This document shows positions 46,952-60,057 of a stretch of DNA of 64,000 bases, in pieces. Below the pieces are notes generated by a model. That model had not been told where the DNA came from. It did no database searches and saw only the letters and a program-made list of their open reading frames with translations. Numbering within the stretch: the stretch's first letter is position 1; the number at the start of each line of letters is the position of its first letter. Source of the DNA: Blepharisma stoltei ATCC 30299 (Eukaryota; Protista; Ciliophora); NCBI GenBank assembly GCA_965603825.1, contig CBFDEM010000036.1, forward strand, positions 930,001 through 994,000. The letters are read 5' to 3'. A program made the position numbers and the translations under genes.

Positions 46952-47926
46952 TTAATCAGAAAAGGTTGTTTTTAGTATTTCTTTGACAGCTTTTAAAGTC
47001 TGTTCTTTTTCAATTTGAAAATTGACTTCGACCAGATCCATTGACGAAAACCTTTCCCCACATTTCTTGATTTCATCAACCACTACTGAGTAGTCTTCTA
47101 TAAACAGTCCATTTGGAGCCAAAGTGCCAGTACCTGGAACAAAAGTAGGGTCAAATCCATCCACATCTAAGCTAAGATGGATATTTCTGTTATTTTCAGG
47201 ATCAACATATGCTAATGAGTCTTTTATTACTTGTTGTATCCCATAGTTCCTTACCTGGCTTGCAGTAAAATATTTGAGTCCTATAGAGTTCATCAGTTTT
47301 TCTTCTTCGCCATCCAGGTCTCTGATTCCAATTTGTACACATCGCTGGATTGGAAGAAAATTTGACATCCAAGAAAAGGGATTTTTCTTAAATAGACCAA
47401 AAACGTGGGCGAGTGGCATTCCATGATAATTTCCTGAAGGTGAAATATCTGGGGTATTGCAATCACCATGTGCATCTATTCATATAACTGAAAGATTGCC
47501 TTTTTGGAGTTTGAGGGAAGCAGAAATAGTGGCGCTCGCAACCGAATGGTCTCCACCTATTGATAATAAGAAATCAGTTGAAGAGATATTCTTCAAGATT
47601 GACTTATATTGGTGTTCCATATAGTAGTTTAATTCTCCAAGATTCTTAATTTTCGGCGGGCGCTCTTCTTGGAGTAGTGTATTTTCAGGTGATTCTATGC
47701 TTGGTGAATTTAAAGCTAATTTTTGTTTTCATTCTTCTATCAGAACTTGCTGATCAAGAATCCCAATCCAATCAGCTTCATATTGAGGGTGAAACAGATT
47801 CGAAATTTGGCTGTCAAGCAAAATCTGCGGGGTTCACTCAACTCCTTTCTTTGGTTGGCCGATTGATACGGCTAAGCCCAAAATTTTCACTTTCCTCCAA
47901 AATCCCTTAGCAATTCTACTTGTCAT
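46952..47926 (-). CDS. Arginase
   Basis: GQPKKGVE, GGDHS, VIW(TGA)IDAHGD, SGNYHGMP, IGIRDLD, SLDVDGFDP, PGTGT, DLVEVN. Confidence 0.92.
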
Positions 47927-48464
47927 TAAATGTACTTATGGCGTGATTAGCCTTTATTATCATTGAAATTTTTAATTTTTAATTACTGGACATGAAGTCT
48001 GTTATTGAATAGAGATTTTAGAAGAATGCTTTTTCAATGAAACTAACAAAGCTTGTGGTGTTAATTTTATGGTAGATGCAAAGCATGCAACGAAGAAAGT
48101 TTAAATCGTGATCTTTGCTTAATTTTATGCTGATTTAAACGTAAAAATAACATATCAGCAACGTTTTGGTTAAACACAAATGTTTAGCTATTTATTATGT
48201 ATTTACAACATTTAAAAAATTTAATTTTATAATTTATTATAAAATTAGCATAGAGTCTGCTTTATCATAGCACCTAAGCGCTCTAATCTTTGTCTGCCAG
48301 ATACTAAAATCAATAAACAAAAATTAATATCTAGCATTCACAATAAATATCATTAAAATCCTAAAATTTAATATAATAATTTTTCTAATATAATTTTAAA
48401 TTACTTAATAATATATATATGAAATAATTCAATTTTCAGGATTTGAAATAATTAATTATTAAGA

Positions 48465-49103
48465 CTAACACTCCCTATGAGGTCTTGTCTCCAAATAATT
48501 TTTGAAACATTGACAATTATTCATCATTCTATTGTGCCATTGCATAAGCTTTGGTGCATTAGTACTAACCATAGTTCCACATTGCTCTATCTTACCAGGT
48601 TTTAGACAAGTATCCCACAGCATCTGGAAAACGCAGAAATCAGCCAAAGTTACGTTATTCCCCACAAAGAAGCCAGTCCCATTGTTATTTCTTTCTAGTC
48701 TTGTTTCGATTTTTCTGAGCCAAGTCGGCATTTTTTCCATGCAACATCGTCTCATGCCTTCTATGTCTCTTTCTTCGTACATTTTCATATACATTTTGTT
48801 GATATTGCAGCAATATTCACAGATGGAATCGACCATGTACATTTCCATTGGGGTGTTAGGGAGGTAGCCGAACTTGTGGGCGATGTATTTTGAGATGGCG
48901 AATGGTTCAACTAGTCTGTTATTATCAATTTCCATGACTGGAAGAGTCTCAAATTCAGAAAAGCCAGTGGTTTTGAGGTGGGTCCATTCTTGTTCAGTAA
49001 TGCGGTGGTCGTTGAAATTGGTGTTGTGATATTTGAACATCATACGAATTGGTTCAGCTGTGCCCATCATATCGAAATAGTGGAGAGTTGGTTGCTGTTG
49101 CAT
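48465..49103 (-). CDS. Glutathione S-transferase (sigma-like), Met/Cys-rich
   Basis: TLHYF...AEPIRMMF, LPVMEID, FFVGNNVTLADF, YLETRP. Confidence 0.85.
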   Translation of the reverse strand: MQQQPTLHYFDMMGTAEPIRMMFKYHNTNFNDHRITEQEWTHLKTTGFSEFETLPVMEIDNNRLVEPFAISKYIAHKFGYLPNTPMEMYMVDSICEYCCNINKMYMKMYEERDIEGMRRCCMEKMPTWLRKIETRLERNNNGTGFFVGNNVTLADFCVFQMLWDTCLKPGKIEQCGTMVSTNAPKLMQWHNRMMNNCQCFKNYLETRPHREC

Positions 49104-49610
49104 CTTATTTATTATAAGGAGTTATTTTTTGTGTCTAATCAGAACGTTTTTCATAGATAAATGGTGGGTTATTATTTCATGATTTAATAAAAACGGATTT
49201 GTAGGAGTTTTAAGTTTTTATTATAATAGTAATTATTTTTTAAATAAATCAAATTATTAATATTTGCATTTTAAAGCTTTTCGGCAAAACTTTTTATTTA
49301 TTATAAAATCTATCATTGTATCATATAATAACAATAGCTATTAATTTTTTTATTGTAATGGAATTCCAATTATGTTCTCAGCTAAAAAAATCATCCAAAT
49401 TTATTTTAAGTTATAAAATTTATGCTAATACAAAAATAATTAAAATTTTTCTATTTTCACCCAAAACAGAGCAATATGCCATTACCAAAAAATAAACATA
49501 TATAAGTCTCCATCTGAAATATGCATGCTAATTATAATTTTTTCTTGTCAAAATTTTCATAATGTCATATCTCATAATACCTATTTTTCTAGAAGCTAAT
49601 CTATTTTATA

Positions 49611-50225
49611 ATGGAACAAAACCATATACTAGGAAATTCAAATTCGGAATCCCCGAATTTCCAAGGCTCAGCAGAGACCATCTCAATACCCCAAAATAAT
49701 CACAATTTAACTAAAAATTGCAGCTTAGCAGAGCTGCCATATCAAAACCACCAAGAAATAGTTCACCTCTCTGAACAGCAGCAAAATATCAATTATCAAG
49801 GAGCACATAACAACAAATGCGACATCGGAGAACTTAAAAAGAATCCAGAACTGTATCGTAAAATGCTAAACGAAGTAATAAAACTTGAAAACGAAAAAAT
49901 AAGGCCCACATCTTATCTGCTTCGCTTCCGTATGCATTATAAGACTTTATTTGAAGAAAAACTTGTGGTTGTAGGGGGTGAAGAATTTTTGGGTGATTGG
50001 GACCCGAATAAAGGACTTGAATTAGAATGAAGGGCTGGGGATTATTGGGAGATTTCTATACTAATTGGAGAAGGCGAACTTCCGGAATTCGAATATAAAT
50101 ATGTTTGCCTCAAAAGAAACCACGCTTTGTGGGAAAACGGGCCAAATAGAATTTTTAAAATCAGAGATGGGGTAAAGAAAGGCTCAACTTTATTTTTCAA
50201 TAAAGAAGACTGTTGACAAAAATAA
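49611..50225 (+). CDS. CBM20 starch/glycogen-binding domain protein
   Basis: VVVGGEEFLGDWDPNKGLELEW(TGA)RAGDYW...FEYKYV...WENGPNR; TAA 50223-25. Confidence 0.85.
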
Positions 50226-50479
50226 ATTATTTAAAATGGACGCAAAGTACATATAAATTATCTATCAGAATTAATATTTAACATTAAAAAATTCACTAAT
50301 TTAATAATAATAATTTTATTATAGAGAATAATATCAAACCTTGAATTGTAAATATATATAATAAAAATTGCTATTTTAGACTATTAAAAATTATTTTTAG
50401 CATATAATAATGAGTTTTAGAAATTATTTTTAATATCTTACTATTATATAATTAATTTAATTGTACCAAATAAATTTAA

Positions 50480-53400
50480 TTACTTTGCCTCAGATAAATT
50501 TCCTAATAAAGATATCGTATCTATTGCCTGCATTGACGCATTATCTACATTTACCAAAGTTTCTGCAATTTTCGATTTAAATGCCTGCAGCCCAAGTATT
50601 TCTTCTTCAATTGTATTTTTTGTAATTAATCTATATACATTAACTACATTTTTTTGGCCAATTCTATGAGCTCTGTCCATAGCTTGCAGATCTTTCACTG
50701 GGTTCCAATCGTGATCAATAAAAATCACAACATCAGCTGACTGTAAATTTAGGCCTAGTCCGCCTGTTTCTGTAGTAAGGAGCATCAATCGAAATTTTGG
50801 GTTTTGGTTGAACTCGTTTACAATGTCAGCTCGCTTTTGCAGTGGGGTTTTCCCGTCTAGTCTTTTATAAGCAGTTAATGGAAATTCCTTAGCCAGAAGC
50901 TCGTTTTCAACAAGATCAAGCATTTTTTTCATTTGAGAAAAAATTAATGCTTTGTGGCCGCTACCTGATTCTTCAGGGATTTCGCAGTCAATTAAAAGCT
51001 CTTTAAGAGCTGTTAGTTTTGGAGATTCTTTATAGGAAGGGTTTGCAGAGCTGTCTTTTAGGATAGGATGATTACAAATTTTCCTTATGTCTATAATTTC
51101 TTTCAAAGGGTCATTTTTCATACTTTTTTCATCTTTTATTTTTGATAATAAAAATGCCTGTAAAGTTGTCAAATTGACATAATAATCCTGTATTATTTTC
51201 TCAGGGAGGTCTTGCAGCACATCTTTTTTCAGCCTTCTCAGTATAAAAGGTAGTACTTTTTTATGCAAAAGATTTAGTTTTTTAAGCGCTGCGTGCTCAT
51301 CTCTGAACTGGATTTGTTTTTCTGATTTTTTTGGCTTTAAATATTTTTCATAATTATTGGAAAATTCTGCAGAAGTCCCTAAAAATCCTGGCATTAAAAA
51401 GTTAAAAAAAGGCCAAAGCTCTAGGATTTTGTTCTGGAGAGGGGTTCCTGTAAGGATTAATCTGTGCTTGCCTTTTAGCTGCAGAATAGCTTTATATGTT
51501 TGGGTATTTGGGTTACTAATTAAATGGCCTTCATCCAAAATGATATATAAAAATTCAATTTCTTTAAGGGTTTCTATGTGTTTTTTTAAAGAGTTGTAGG
51601 AAATCACTAATAATCCTTGGGAGAATTTTTTATTATTTTCAAATTCATCAGCATCCAAAATGTTTTTATCAAAATATCTATGGACTTCTTCTTTCCAATG
51701 GCCTGTCACAGATGTTGGGCACACAACAAGCGATATAGCATCTTGGTAGTCTAAATGAGCTTCTGCAACTGCACAGAGGGTTTGTATAGTTTTTCCAAGA
51801 CCCATTTCATCACAAAGCATCCCACATAGCCCAAAAATATTTAAAAATCTTAACCATGCAATTCCTTCTTTTTGGTACTCTCTCAGTGAAATTCCATTAA
51901 CTTTTACTCTTTGTTCATAAGTAGGCAGTTCATAACTACCTTTTAGCTGCCCTAAGAAATGAAGCCCTTCTTCCCTATACCTTTGTAAGCCCTCACAAAT
52001 TTCATTTATAGGGGAATCTAATAACACCAAATTTAAAATTTCTCCAAAAATCCTAGTTATTGCATGGCCTAGGCTGGAATTCAAATTTTTAAGCAGAGGC
52101 AGCACAAAGCATGCTGAATATGGGATTAATTTATGTGAGTATTTTGGGGACAGTAATTCTTGCAGCACCAAAAGAAGATTTTCTTTCAGCTGATTATCCT
52201 CTGCATCCCTTAAAAAATGGGTAATAAACATTATAAGACACTCTTCGATTTGAATTGCTATATTTACAATAATCACATTGGTTTCCTCTATATCAACTGC
52301 TTGAAGGATTTGAGAAAATAATTGGATAAATAATGGAAATAGTGACTGATGAATATAAACGGTCAAAATCTTTAAATTTTGTAAGGAATTCAATATAGGC
52401 TGCTCTACCAGAGCTTTATAGAATTGAAATCTGTTGACTATAGCTTCTTTATGAATTATTTGTAATTCTTTTATAAGGGGAAGTGAGTCTATTTTCATTA
52501 AATTTTGGACAAATTTTTCGTTGCAGGTTCTACCAATTGCGGCTAAGGTGATTCTTGCGGCGGTTTTGGCGATTTTATATCTTAAAAAAGGGACTGATTC
52601 ATTAGTAAAGCCAGTCACAATGACTTGCAAAATTGGGGTAATTTTATCAGGTAAAGGGATTTTTTCTTTAATTGCTAACTTTGCTACTCTATAGCAAGAT
52701 AGCACACGAAGCCTTAAAAATCCTAATTTTCCATCAGATGACTCTGGAAATGTCGTAATTACGTTAAGTAAATCATTATAATCATTTGCATTCTCACTTG
52801 ATAAAACATGAAAAATGTTCTCAATAGAAGTAAAATTCGCACCTACCCTCCCCAGCGTAAAATTTTCATTTCTCCTCACATATTTTATTGCTTTGCAAAT
52901 ATTTCATATCCCGCGAAATTGTTTTGCTTCTAAATAAGGTATTGTATTAATATCATCTGTACTTTCAGAATCAACAAAGCTATAGACTTCTTTTGGGGAT
53001 TCACCAGGCTGCCCATAAATCAGCATAAAAGAGTAATCCTCAAATCTTCGATTTTTTAAAAAATTAACCCAATTATTCCAAAATTTTATAATAAATTGGC
53101 TAATTCCGTATTGTTGTGATATAGAATCGGCTAATTCGAAACATTTTTGGATTATTTGTTTGTTGTTTTCTAAAATAATCCCTTGAGTAATAATTCGAAA
53201 TAAAGACTCATGATCAATTTGCTGCGTTTTTATAATTCCTAAAAATGCAGAATATGTGGAATACCTTACCGCTTGTAATTTATGAAAAAACAAATGATAT
53301 AGTTTTTCCATATCGCAAGATATCCTGCACCCTAAATTTAATAATTTATCAACAACCTGAATCGCGTATTTTAAGCTTGCTGACAAGTCGTCAGACTCAA

Positions 53401-54208
53401 TAATAATATTGCACAAAATATCTACAAGCTCTTGATCTTGGTCTAAAGGATATTTTGTCAAATAATGGCAAGCTTCTAGTACAATATCTTCTGATTGTGC
53501 CAAGCTGAATATTTTTTACCAATTTTTTATATTTTTATAAGCTTTTTGTGTGTAAATCTTGGATTTTCTTAGACATATTAAAGGTCCTTGAGGCTCTGTT
53601 ACTTCTATTAACTGTGATAAAAAGTTCTCAAGGGCTTCTTCTCGGACTGCTGATTTGGAAATTGATATAATGTCGCTTGCTAAATCTCTTAAAGGATATT
53701 CAGGCAAATCTTCAGCATAATCAGCGACTTGGTCTTTTCCGATGATGACTAAACACCTACATATAGCATCTTCTAAACATTCTTTGCATAGAAAATGTGA
53801 ATTTACAAGTTCTTTCATAGCAATACAAGCTCCATGTTTCTCATCTCAGCTCCCAATCAGCATTTTTTCTCTAGATTTTTCAAGTAATTTTTGAAATCCG
53901 TTTAATTCTAAATTTCTTTTTTTCGAAGGATCTGGCTCCTCATACGATAAATTGAGGTTTTCTAATTTAAACGAGCTGGCAGAAGTAATACAAAGGCACT
54001 GGATTTTTTGCAATATTTGGGATAGTGCCAATCCAGCTGCTATCCTCACATCCCAATTAACATGATAAAATAAATTTGAGACTTCTTCGCAGACGAGATC
54101 AGAGTCATCTTTTGAGAGCTCCCCAAGCTGAAAAGAAGCGATTTGGGACAATTCGAAAGATTTATTGCTGGTAATGCAGTCAATTAGCTTTTTTACTCTG
54201 CCTTCCAT
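50480..54208 (-). CDS. BTAF1: Mot1/BTAF1 SNF2-family ATPase
   Basis: N-terminal WDVRIAAGLAL and DQVADY HEAT motifs; LREYQKEG, LCDEMGLGKT, LDEGH, DHDWNPVKDLQAMDRAHRIGQ; intron 53505-53519; TGA=Trp. Confidence 0.9.
53505..53519 (-). other. 15-nt intron in Mot1
   Basis: GTAAAAAATATTCAG, in-frame TAA. Confidence 0.85.
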
Positions 54209-54288
54209 TATGATTATGAGGAGACTTTAGAAATTTTACTATAAATTTAATATTTTGATAATAAAAACTAATAAATATTGTTGATTAA

Positions 54289-55860
54289 TTACCTAACTAA
54301 TAAAACCTCATGAGTATTGTCGTTAGGGTTCATTTTTTCCCTATACACAAGGCAATCTGTATGAGACCTTTTGAACCTTCTCTCATGTTCTTCTCCTAAG
54401 TTAGCCAGCCTCAGTACTTTTAGATATTTTAGATTAGAAATCCCATCTGCAACATGCGCATAAATTTCGTCTAAAAAGTCTATATTAGAAAATTGTGCTT
54501 GAAAAAGGCTGTTGCAGCTTAGAAAAGAATCTGCTATTTCATTTAGCCCATTCTTAATGTTGTTTCCTCCTAAATGCAAGTATTCTAGATTAGCCATTTT
54601 GAGTAAAGCATCAGAGATATCGAAATATCCTTCCGCTATGCTATTAAAGCTAAGGTCCAAATAAACCATTTTCTGTGGCTTAACAATGTTTTTCACAATA
54701 TATCCCACGTTATTTTTTATTTCATTATGAGAAAGATACAAATGTGTCAAATTTCTGAAGTTCGGCATAATTTCTGAAAAAATAATAGCTCTATCTTCAT
54801 TAATATTGCACGACCCAAGGTTTAAAATTTCAAGGTTAACCAACTTCCCCATTCCATTCACAATTTGTTGAAAATTATGGGACAAATCTGTATTTTCTAA
54901 ATTCAGGTGTTTTAGATTTGGCAAGACTTTTAATGATCCCAAAATTCAGCTTCCATAAGCTTGAATGTGTGGGTACTGTTTCATATTAATTTGCGTTATT
55001 TCTGAATTTAGCTTTAAAACGCTCTCAAAAACGGTGTCTTCATGTTTTTGTTCTTCTTCGTTTTCGTTTTTAAAAAAAATTTTTAAAGTTTCTGGGTTGG
55101 TGTCTTTTCGTTTTTTTCCTTCGGGGTCGTCTTGGTCGATATCTTTTAAAAATTCTTCCATTGATAAGTACTCGTGAATTTTTCCATGGCTATTTAGATA
55201 TAAACACTCTAGAAGAACATTTTGAAAAGGCCCTTCTTCTAGCTTCATTTCGTCGAGAAAACCTCGAATTTTTTCTATTGGCGCTTTAAAGCCTGACAAT
55301 AATTCTTGGGATTTTTTCAGTTCCCGTTGTTCAATATTTTGGAATTTTTCGTCCCATAATGAGGAAATTTCAAAAATTTTGTATTTATAAATTTCTTCAT
55401 TAAATTCAAACTTATATAAATCCTCTATAAAAGAGGAATATGCAGCTGGGTCTTTAATCATTTTTAAATATATATCATCTAGGACGAATAACCCAATATT
55501 TTCATCATTTTCCGAAATATTTCTCACGCGTTGCTTAAAATCTAAAATATCCTTTAAATGGCAACTAAATCTTCTCCGCAGTGCATCAAGAGAAAGCTCA
55601 GCCTCAAAAACAATTCTTTGAGCATAGTTTATAAGCCGAATGCCTTCTTCCTTTACTTTTTTCATGTCACTTTCAATTTTCCTTATTGCTTCTTGTAAAG
55701 AATCCTCTAGCTTCTTTAAATTAGACTGATCAGCATAATTCAAGTCAGAATTCATAACATGTCCTTTGGCATTACAATCTAATGAGTGACTTTCACAAAT
55801 ATATCGGCACTCGCGACATTTCCTTAATGTCAGCCTTTGACAGCTTTTGCATTTATTCAT
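54289..55860 (-). CDS. Zn-knuckle/coiled-coil protein with RNI-like leucine-rich repeats
   Basis: Two ORFs joined by TGA at 54946; LxxLxLxxNxI repeats about 28 aa apart. Confidence 0.8.
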
Positions 55861-55909
55861 TATTATAATTAATGGAATTCTACAAATATTTTATAAAAAT
55901 ATATAGCTA

Positions 55910-57079
55910 TTAGATTCCTGCGAATAACTGAGTGAAGTACCAAGCTCCTTTTTGATTCTGATACACACCAATCCCCATATAATTAAAATGCCCCAGCAAA
56001 TTTTTCCTGTGCCCTGGAGAGTTGATCCACCCGTCTACTGCAACTTTGGCAGGATCTCCCATCCCATGGCTCATGGCTACATTTTCAGCGCCACTTCTGA
56101 CATAAGGTATAGGAAATTGTCTAAATCTAGCATTAAATCCGTCATGGCCAAATGCAACTCTTCCATCTCCCATATTGGTAGAATGGACTTTTCCGATTTC
56201 CATTAATCCTTCATCCCATACAAGCTCACAGAGTCCTTGGCTTTTTCTGAATTCATTAGATAATTGGAAGGCTCTGATTGCAATATTTCTAGGATTATCA
56301 AAACTTGATAAAGAATCATAATGGGGCTGTGGGGAATTATGATAAGGCGCAGAGGGGGCTTGTCTATTTAAATCAGCAAGTGTCATTACTCTTGCTGGCC
56401 TTTCATGAAAATAAGCCCCTTTTTTCTGCCTCCTGTACTCTTGCAGCTGCAAGGTTGTGTCATTTGGCATATTCAAATTCCTGTTAGGTCTCACATATGT
56501 AAATGGCTGCTTTGCTCTGTCTTCATGAATTTTTGCTAAAAATTCATTTCTATTCTGACTGACAGGCGGCTGAGGTGGGGCAGGATTTATCCTTGAAATA
56601 ATGCCTAATGCATATTTTATATATTCCTCATTGTATTCCTGCATCAATAAGACTTCTTCTCCATCTATTTCTTTCCGAAACCCAAGAATTTCAAGCAAAA
56701 CTACCCCAGTTTCATATTGCCCTAGTGAGCTGTGGAATTTTGGGTTGTTGAGCCTAATTCTTTTATATTTGTCATTATTTGGGTCGCGTTTTATATTTTC
56801 TAATATAGTTTTGATGACAGAAATGGCTTGATTATAAGAAGTTCCACAGTCAGACCTTAGGATTTCGGTAAGGATATCTTGAATAGTTTCATGATAATCC
56901 ATTGATGCCTCAGCCGGGGCTTGAGAAATGTGCTCCTCTTGAATAACTTTATTTACCGCTAAATTCGCACAGGCTTGTTGTTTTTCTTCAAGTGTCGGAT
57001 ACATGAAATTAATATCATTTATCTCCGAAGCTGTAAGTGTAGGAAAAGCTTTCGCAAGGATTTGTATATGATCAGCCAT
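55910..57079 (-). CDS. PUB domain + CAP/SCP domain protein
   Basis: PUB: ILENIKRDPNNDKYKRIRLNNPKF...LLEILGF; CAP: NEFRKSQGL, HSTNM, HDG, AENVA, WINSPGHRKNLL, YFTQLF. Confidence 0.85.
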   Translation of the reverse strand: MADHIQILAKAFPTLTASEINDINFMYPTLEEKQQACANLAVNKVIQEEHISQAPAEASMDYHETIQDILTEILRSDCGTSYNQAISVIKTILENIKRDPNNDKYKRIRLNNPKFHSSLGQYETGVVLLEILGFRKEIDGEEVLLMQEYNEEYIKYALGIISRINPAPPQPPVSQNRNEFLAKIHEDRAKQPFTYVRPNRNLNMPNDTTLQLQEYRRQKKGAYFHERPARVMTLADLNRQAPSAPYHNSPQPHYDSLSSFDNPRNIAIRAFQLSNEFRKSQGLCELVWDEGLMEIGKVHSTNMGDGRVAFGHDGFNARFRQFPIPYVRSGAENVAMSHGMGDPAKVAVDGWINSPGHRKNLLGHFNYMGIGVYQNQKGAWYFTQLFAGI

Positions 57080-57104
57080 AAATTATTTACAATAACTTAA
57101 CAAT

Positions 57105-58427
57105 TTAATCTATTTCAATAGTCCCAGCTACGACCTTATTTTCCGTTTTTCTTTTTTCTACCCTCTGATACGTCTTTTTCTCATTGATTTCTTTAATATT
57201 CCCGCTTTTTGATGCACAAAGTACATAGCTTCCGTCCCTTTTGAACTCTACAGAGTTCGCTCCAAATATCTTCGCCTCCATCAGAATTTTTTCAAAATAT
57301 TCGTCCCTAACCACTTTATTGCACCTTTCATGACAAATTGGGCAATTTCACCTGTTTTTTATCTGCTGAGTCTGGTACATTATATAAGCTTCAAGCCCAA
57401 AACAGTTTAAATGGGTGCAATGGGCCCCTCGGACAGGGTCGTCAAGGACTTTTAAAGATAGTGGGCATTTAAAAGTGACTGTAATTGTGTCTATATCGAC
57501 TTCACTTTCTGTGAACTTTTGCTTGACAAATGCAATTCCTTCTTCTTCACTTTTTATTTTAATAGAACTGTATATTTTTTCTCTGACTTCTGGGAGGCTT
57601 AAGGTTTTTACGAGAAAAATACCAGATACGTAGTATTGATAGTCGTTGTATTTTAGGACTGATAAAGAATTTTCTCCACCTACCAGCAGTTCTGTAATGT
57701 CTAATGGGACATCTTGCCGCTCCTGCATTTTGTGAGGCTCTAAAATAGTTCTGTCATTTAAAATTACAGCCCCAGAGGACGGCCAGATGTTGTTGTACCC
57801 AATCCCATCAATTTTCATACAAAATAAAAAAACCCTGACAGTCCCTTGACCACTTTCTAATTTTCGCAAATGGTCGGAAGTAAAGGAAAATTTTCTCTGC
57901 ATCTTTTTATTGGTAATTTGTGGGTCTTCTCTAGGTAAAGAAAAAGGCATGACTAATGCATCGAGTATTTGTTGGCTGAGGTCTAAGGCTGCCATTTGAC
58001 AGAAAATGCATTCATAATTGAGCATTGTGACGTTTCTGCCCATGCAGCCCCAATGCTGATAAGTCCCACAGGTTTCACATTGTTTTAAAGGATAAGAGCC
58101 TGATAAGCAGACACAGCGGATATTTTTTCCTTTTCTTTCTAAGCTGTCGGCTAGGGTAGGGTTTGTCATGACACTTGTATCGACTGTTTCTGGCCTTGAA
58201 GAAGAAACTAAGGTCTTTATGGGGTCTTCATCACCAAATAGTCTTTCTAGCATACTCACTTTAAGTTTTTGATAGGCACGCTCACGGCCTTCTTCGGTAC
58301 TGAGGTATAAGAGGAGGGTGGATTTTACTTGTTCACTGTTTCCTGATGTCCTGATTTTTAGGTCTCTGCAAATTTCTCGGATTTTGCTAGTTTTTAGCAT
58401 GTCGAGCTGGAGAGCATTGACACTCAT
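57105..58427 (-). CDS. SIZ/PIAS SUMO E3 ligase (SAP-PHD-PINIT-SP-RING)
   Basis: SAP-like start, IRCVC...CETCGTYQHWGC...CIFC, PLDIT, KCPLS...PVRGAHCTHLNCF...W(TGA)NCPIC. Confidence 0.88.
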
Positions 58428-58495
58428 GGAAATAAATTTTTAAGCCCCTAGAATTTTTGATGAAAAATTTTTGTTAAATAAAAATTTTGTTCAAA

Positions 58496-59290
58496 ATGGA
58501 CAAAAAATCAGGAAAAAAAGAGCAAGGAAAAGTCTATTGTGATATTTGCAGAAAAAGCATCCCACAGTGGCTTATGCCGAAGCATCAGTATTGCCAGCAG
58601 CATTTACGAGCTAAAGCAGCAAGAATGTTTTATCAAGCTAAATCTAAAGAAAATCCTTACAAAAAATTCAAAGACGACCCAGATGCCTTTTTTTCTAATA
58701 AAATGCCAATGGCACCAGAAGAGCTTGGCCCAGCACTATTTAATCCTCACGACGCACTTATAACAAAATCCAAAACTAAAGGCATTTGGGCCCTAATTGA
58801 AGACGAAACAACAGGCACAACCTATTTTAAAAACAAACTCAGCGGGAAAATGCAGAGAAATCGTCCAGTTGGCTTGCTAGACGAAGATTTTGATAGAGAA
58901 GTTATACAAAGTCTTCAAGAAAATAACCCTCAAAGCCAATTCAATTATCAAGAATATGAAGAAGAGGACGAAGACGAACAAGCCAAGCCAGGCGAATGAA
59001 AAGAAGTCACAGGCAGCAGCTGGTTTGGAGAAGATAAAGAAGAAAGTGAAGAAGAGAAATTTGAAGGAATTTATGAGAAAGATGAAATTATTGTAGAAGA
59101 TGAGGAAAGTGAAGAAGAAGAAGAAGGAGAAAATAAAAGAGAAATTATGCTAAATACAGTGGAAAAATTGAAAGACAAAGCAAAAGAAAGCAGCGATGAA
59201 GAGCTTGTGGAAAAGCCGGTGTATAGTCAGAGTGTTAAAAGTTGCAAAGAGTTCGCTAAAAGGAATAAAAAATCAAAATTACAGTTGTAA
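58496..59290 (+). CDS. U1-type zinc finger + WW protein (WBP4/FBP21-like)
   Basis: YCDICRK...H.....H, W...DETTGTTYFKN...RP, PGEW(TGA)KEV, acidic tail; TAA 59288-90. Confidence 0.7.
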
Positions 59291-59349
59291 TTTTATGGAT
59301 TTATGATTGAAAAATTATTATAAATTTTGATTTAAATTACAGCTAGTTT

Positions 59350-60057
59350 TTAATTGAAAAATTTTGATTGCTTCGATATATAATTTGCATGATATCCTAA
59401 AGAATGGGATTTTTTTGAAGCTTTTACATACTCTATGTAAGGCTCATTATTCAAAAGCTGCATAAATTTTTCTTTTCTCTCAGGAAACGAATTTTTATAT
59501 TTCTCTATGACCTCATGATCGCTTATTTGCTTACTTGTTTTGGTTCGAAATGGCTCAGGGCTCATTATGCTTTTCTTTTTATGCATTGGTTTATATTTCA
59601 CAGATAGCCTTGCTAATTTCTTTTCTTTTTGATTATTAATTAAATCTGTGCGTTCTTTTACAACATACCCATTTAATAAATTTGACCCTTGCTTAGATAT
59701 CGGAAATTTAAAAGTGTTCAAAAATGTATTTGACCTGTCAGAGACTTCTATAGTAAAAATAGTCGGAGAAATTGTGCAGCTTGAGCTTGGCTTTATAAGG
59801 CTATTTTTATATGAGCATAGTTTGGTAGGACTTTCATAAAAAGAGCTTTTATGAGAAATTGGCAATGAGCTAAAAGGGCTTTTAGGACAGCTTATTGTGG
59901 ATGGGGTAGAGTTCAAGGTAAAATCATGCAAAGGCTCATTTAATTTGAGAGGAAGAGGCTTAAGGTTTTTATATGGTAGGCTTGCTCTATTAGAAATCAT
60001 TGGCTGTGAATAGATAATTCGAGTGTGTGGCAAATCTTTAAAGGAAGCTGATGACAT
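59350..60057 (-). CDS. Hypothetical Ser/Lys-rich protein
   Basis: 235-aa ATG-TAA ORF. Confidence 0.6.
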   Translation of the reverse strand: MSSASFKDLPHTRIIYSQPMISNRASLPYKNLKPLPLKLNEPLHDFTLNSTPSTISCPKSPFSSLPISHKSSFYESPTKLCSYKNSLIKPSSSCTISPTIFTIEVSDRSNTFLNTFKFPISKQGSNLLNGYVVKERTDLINNQKEKKLARLSVKYKPMHKKKSIMSPEPFRTKTSKQISDHEVIEKYKNSFPERKEKFMQLLNNEPYIEYVKASKKSHSLGYHANYISKQSKFFN

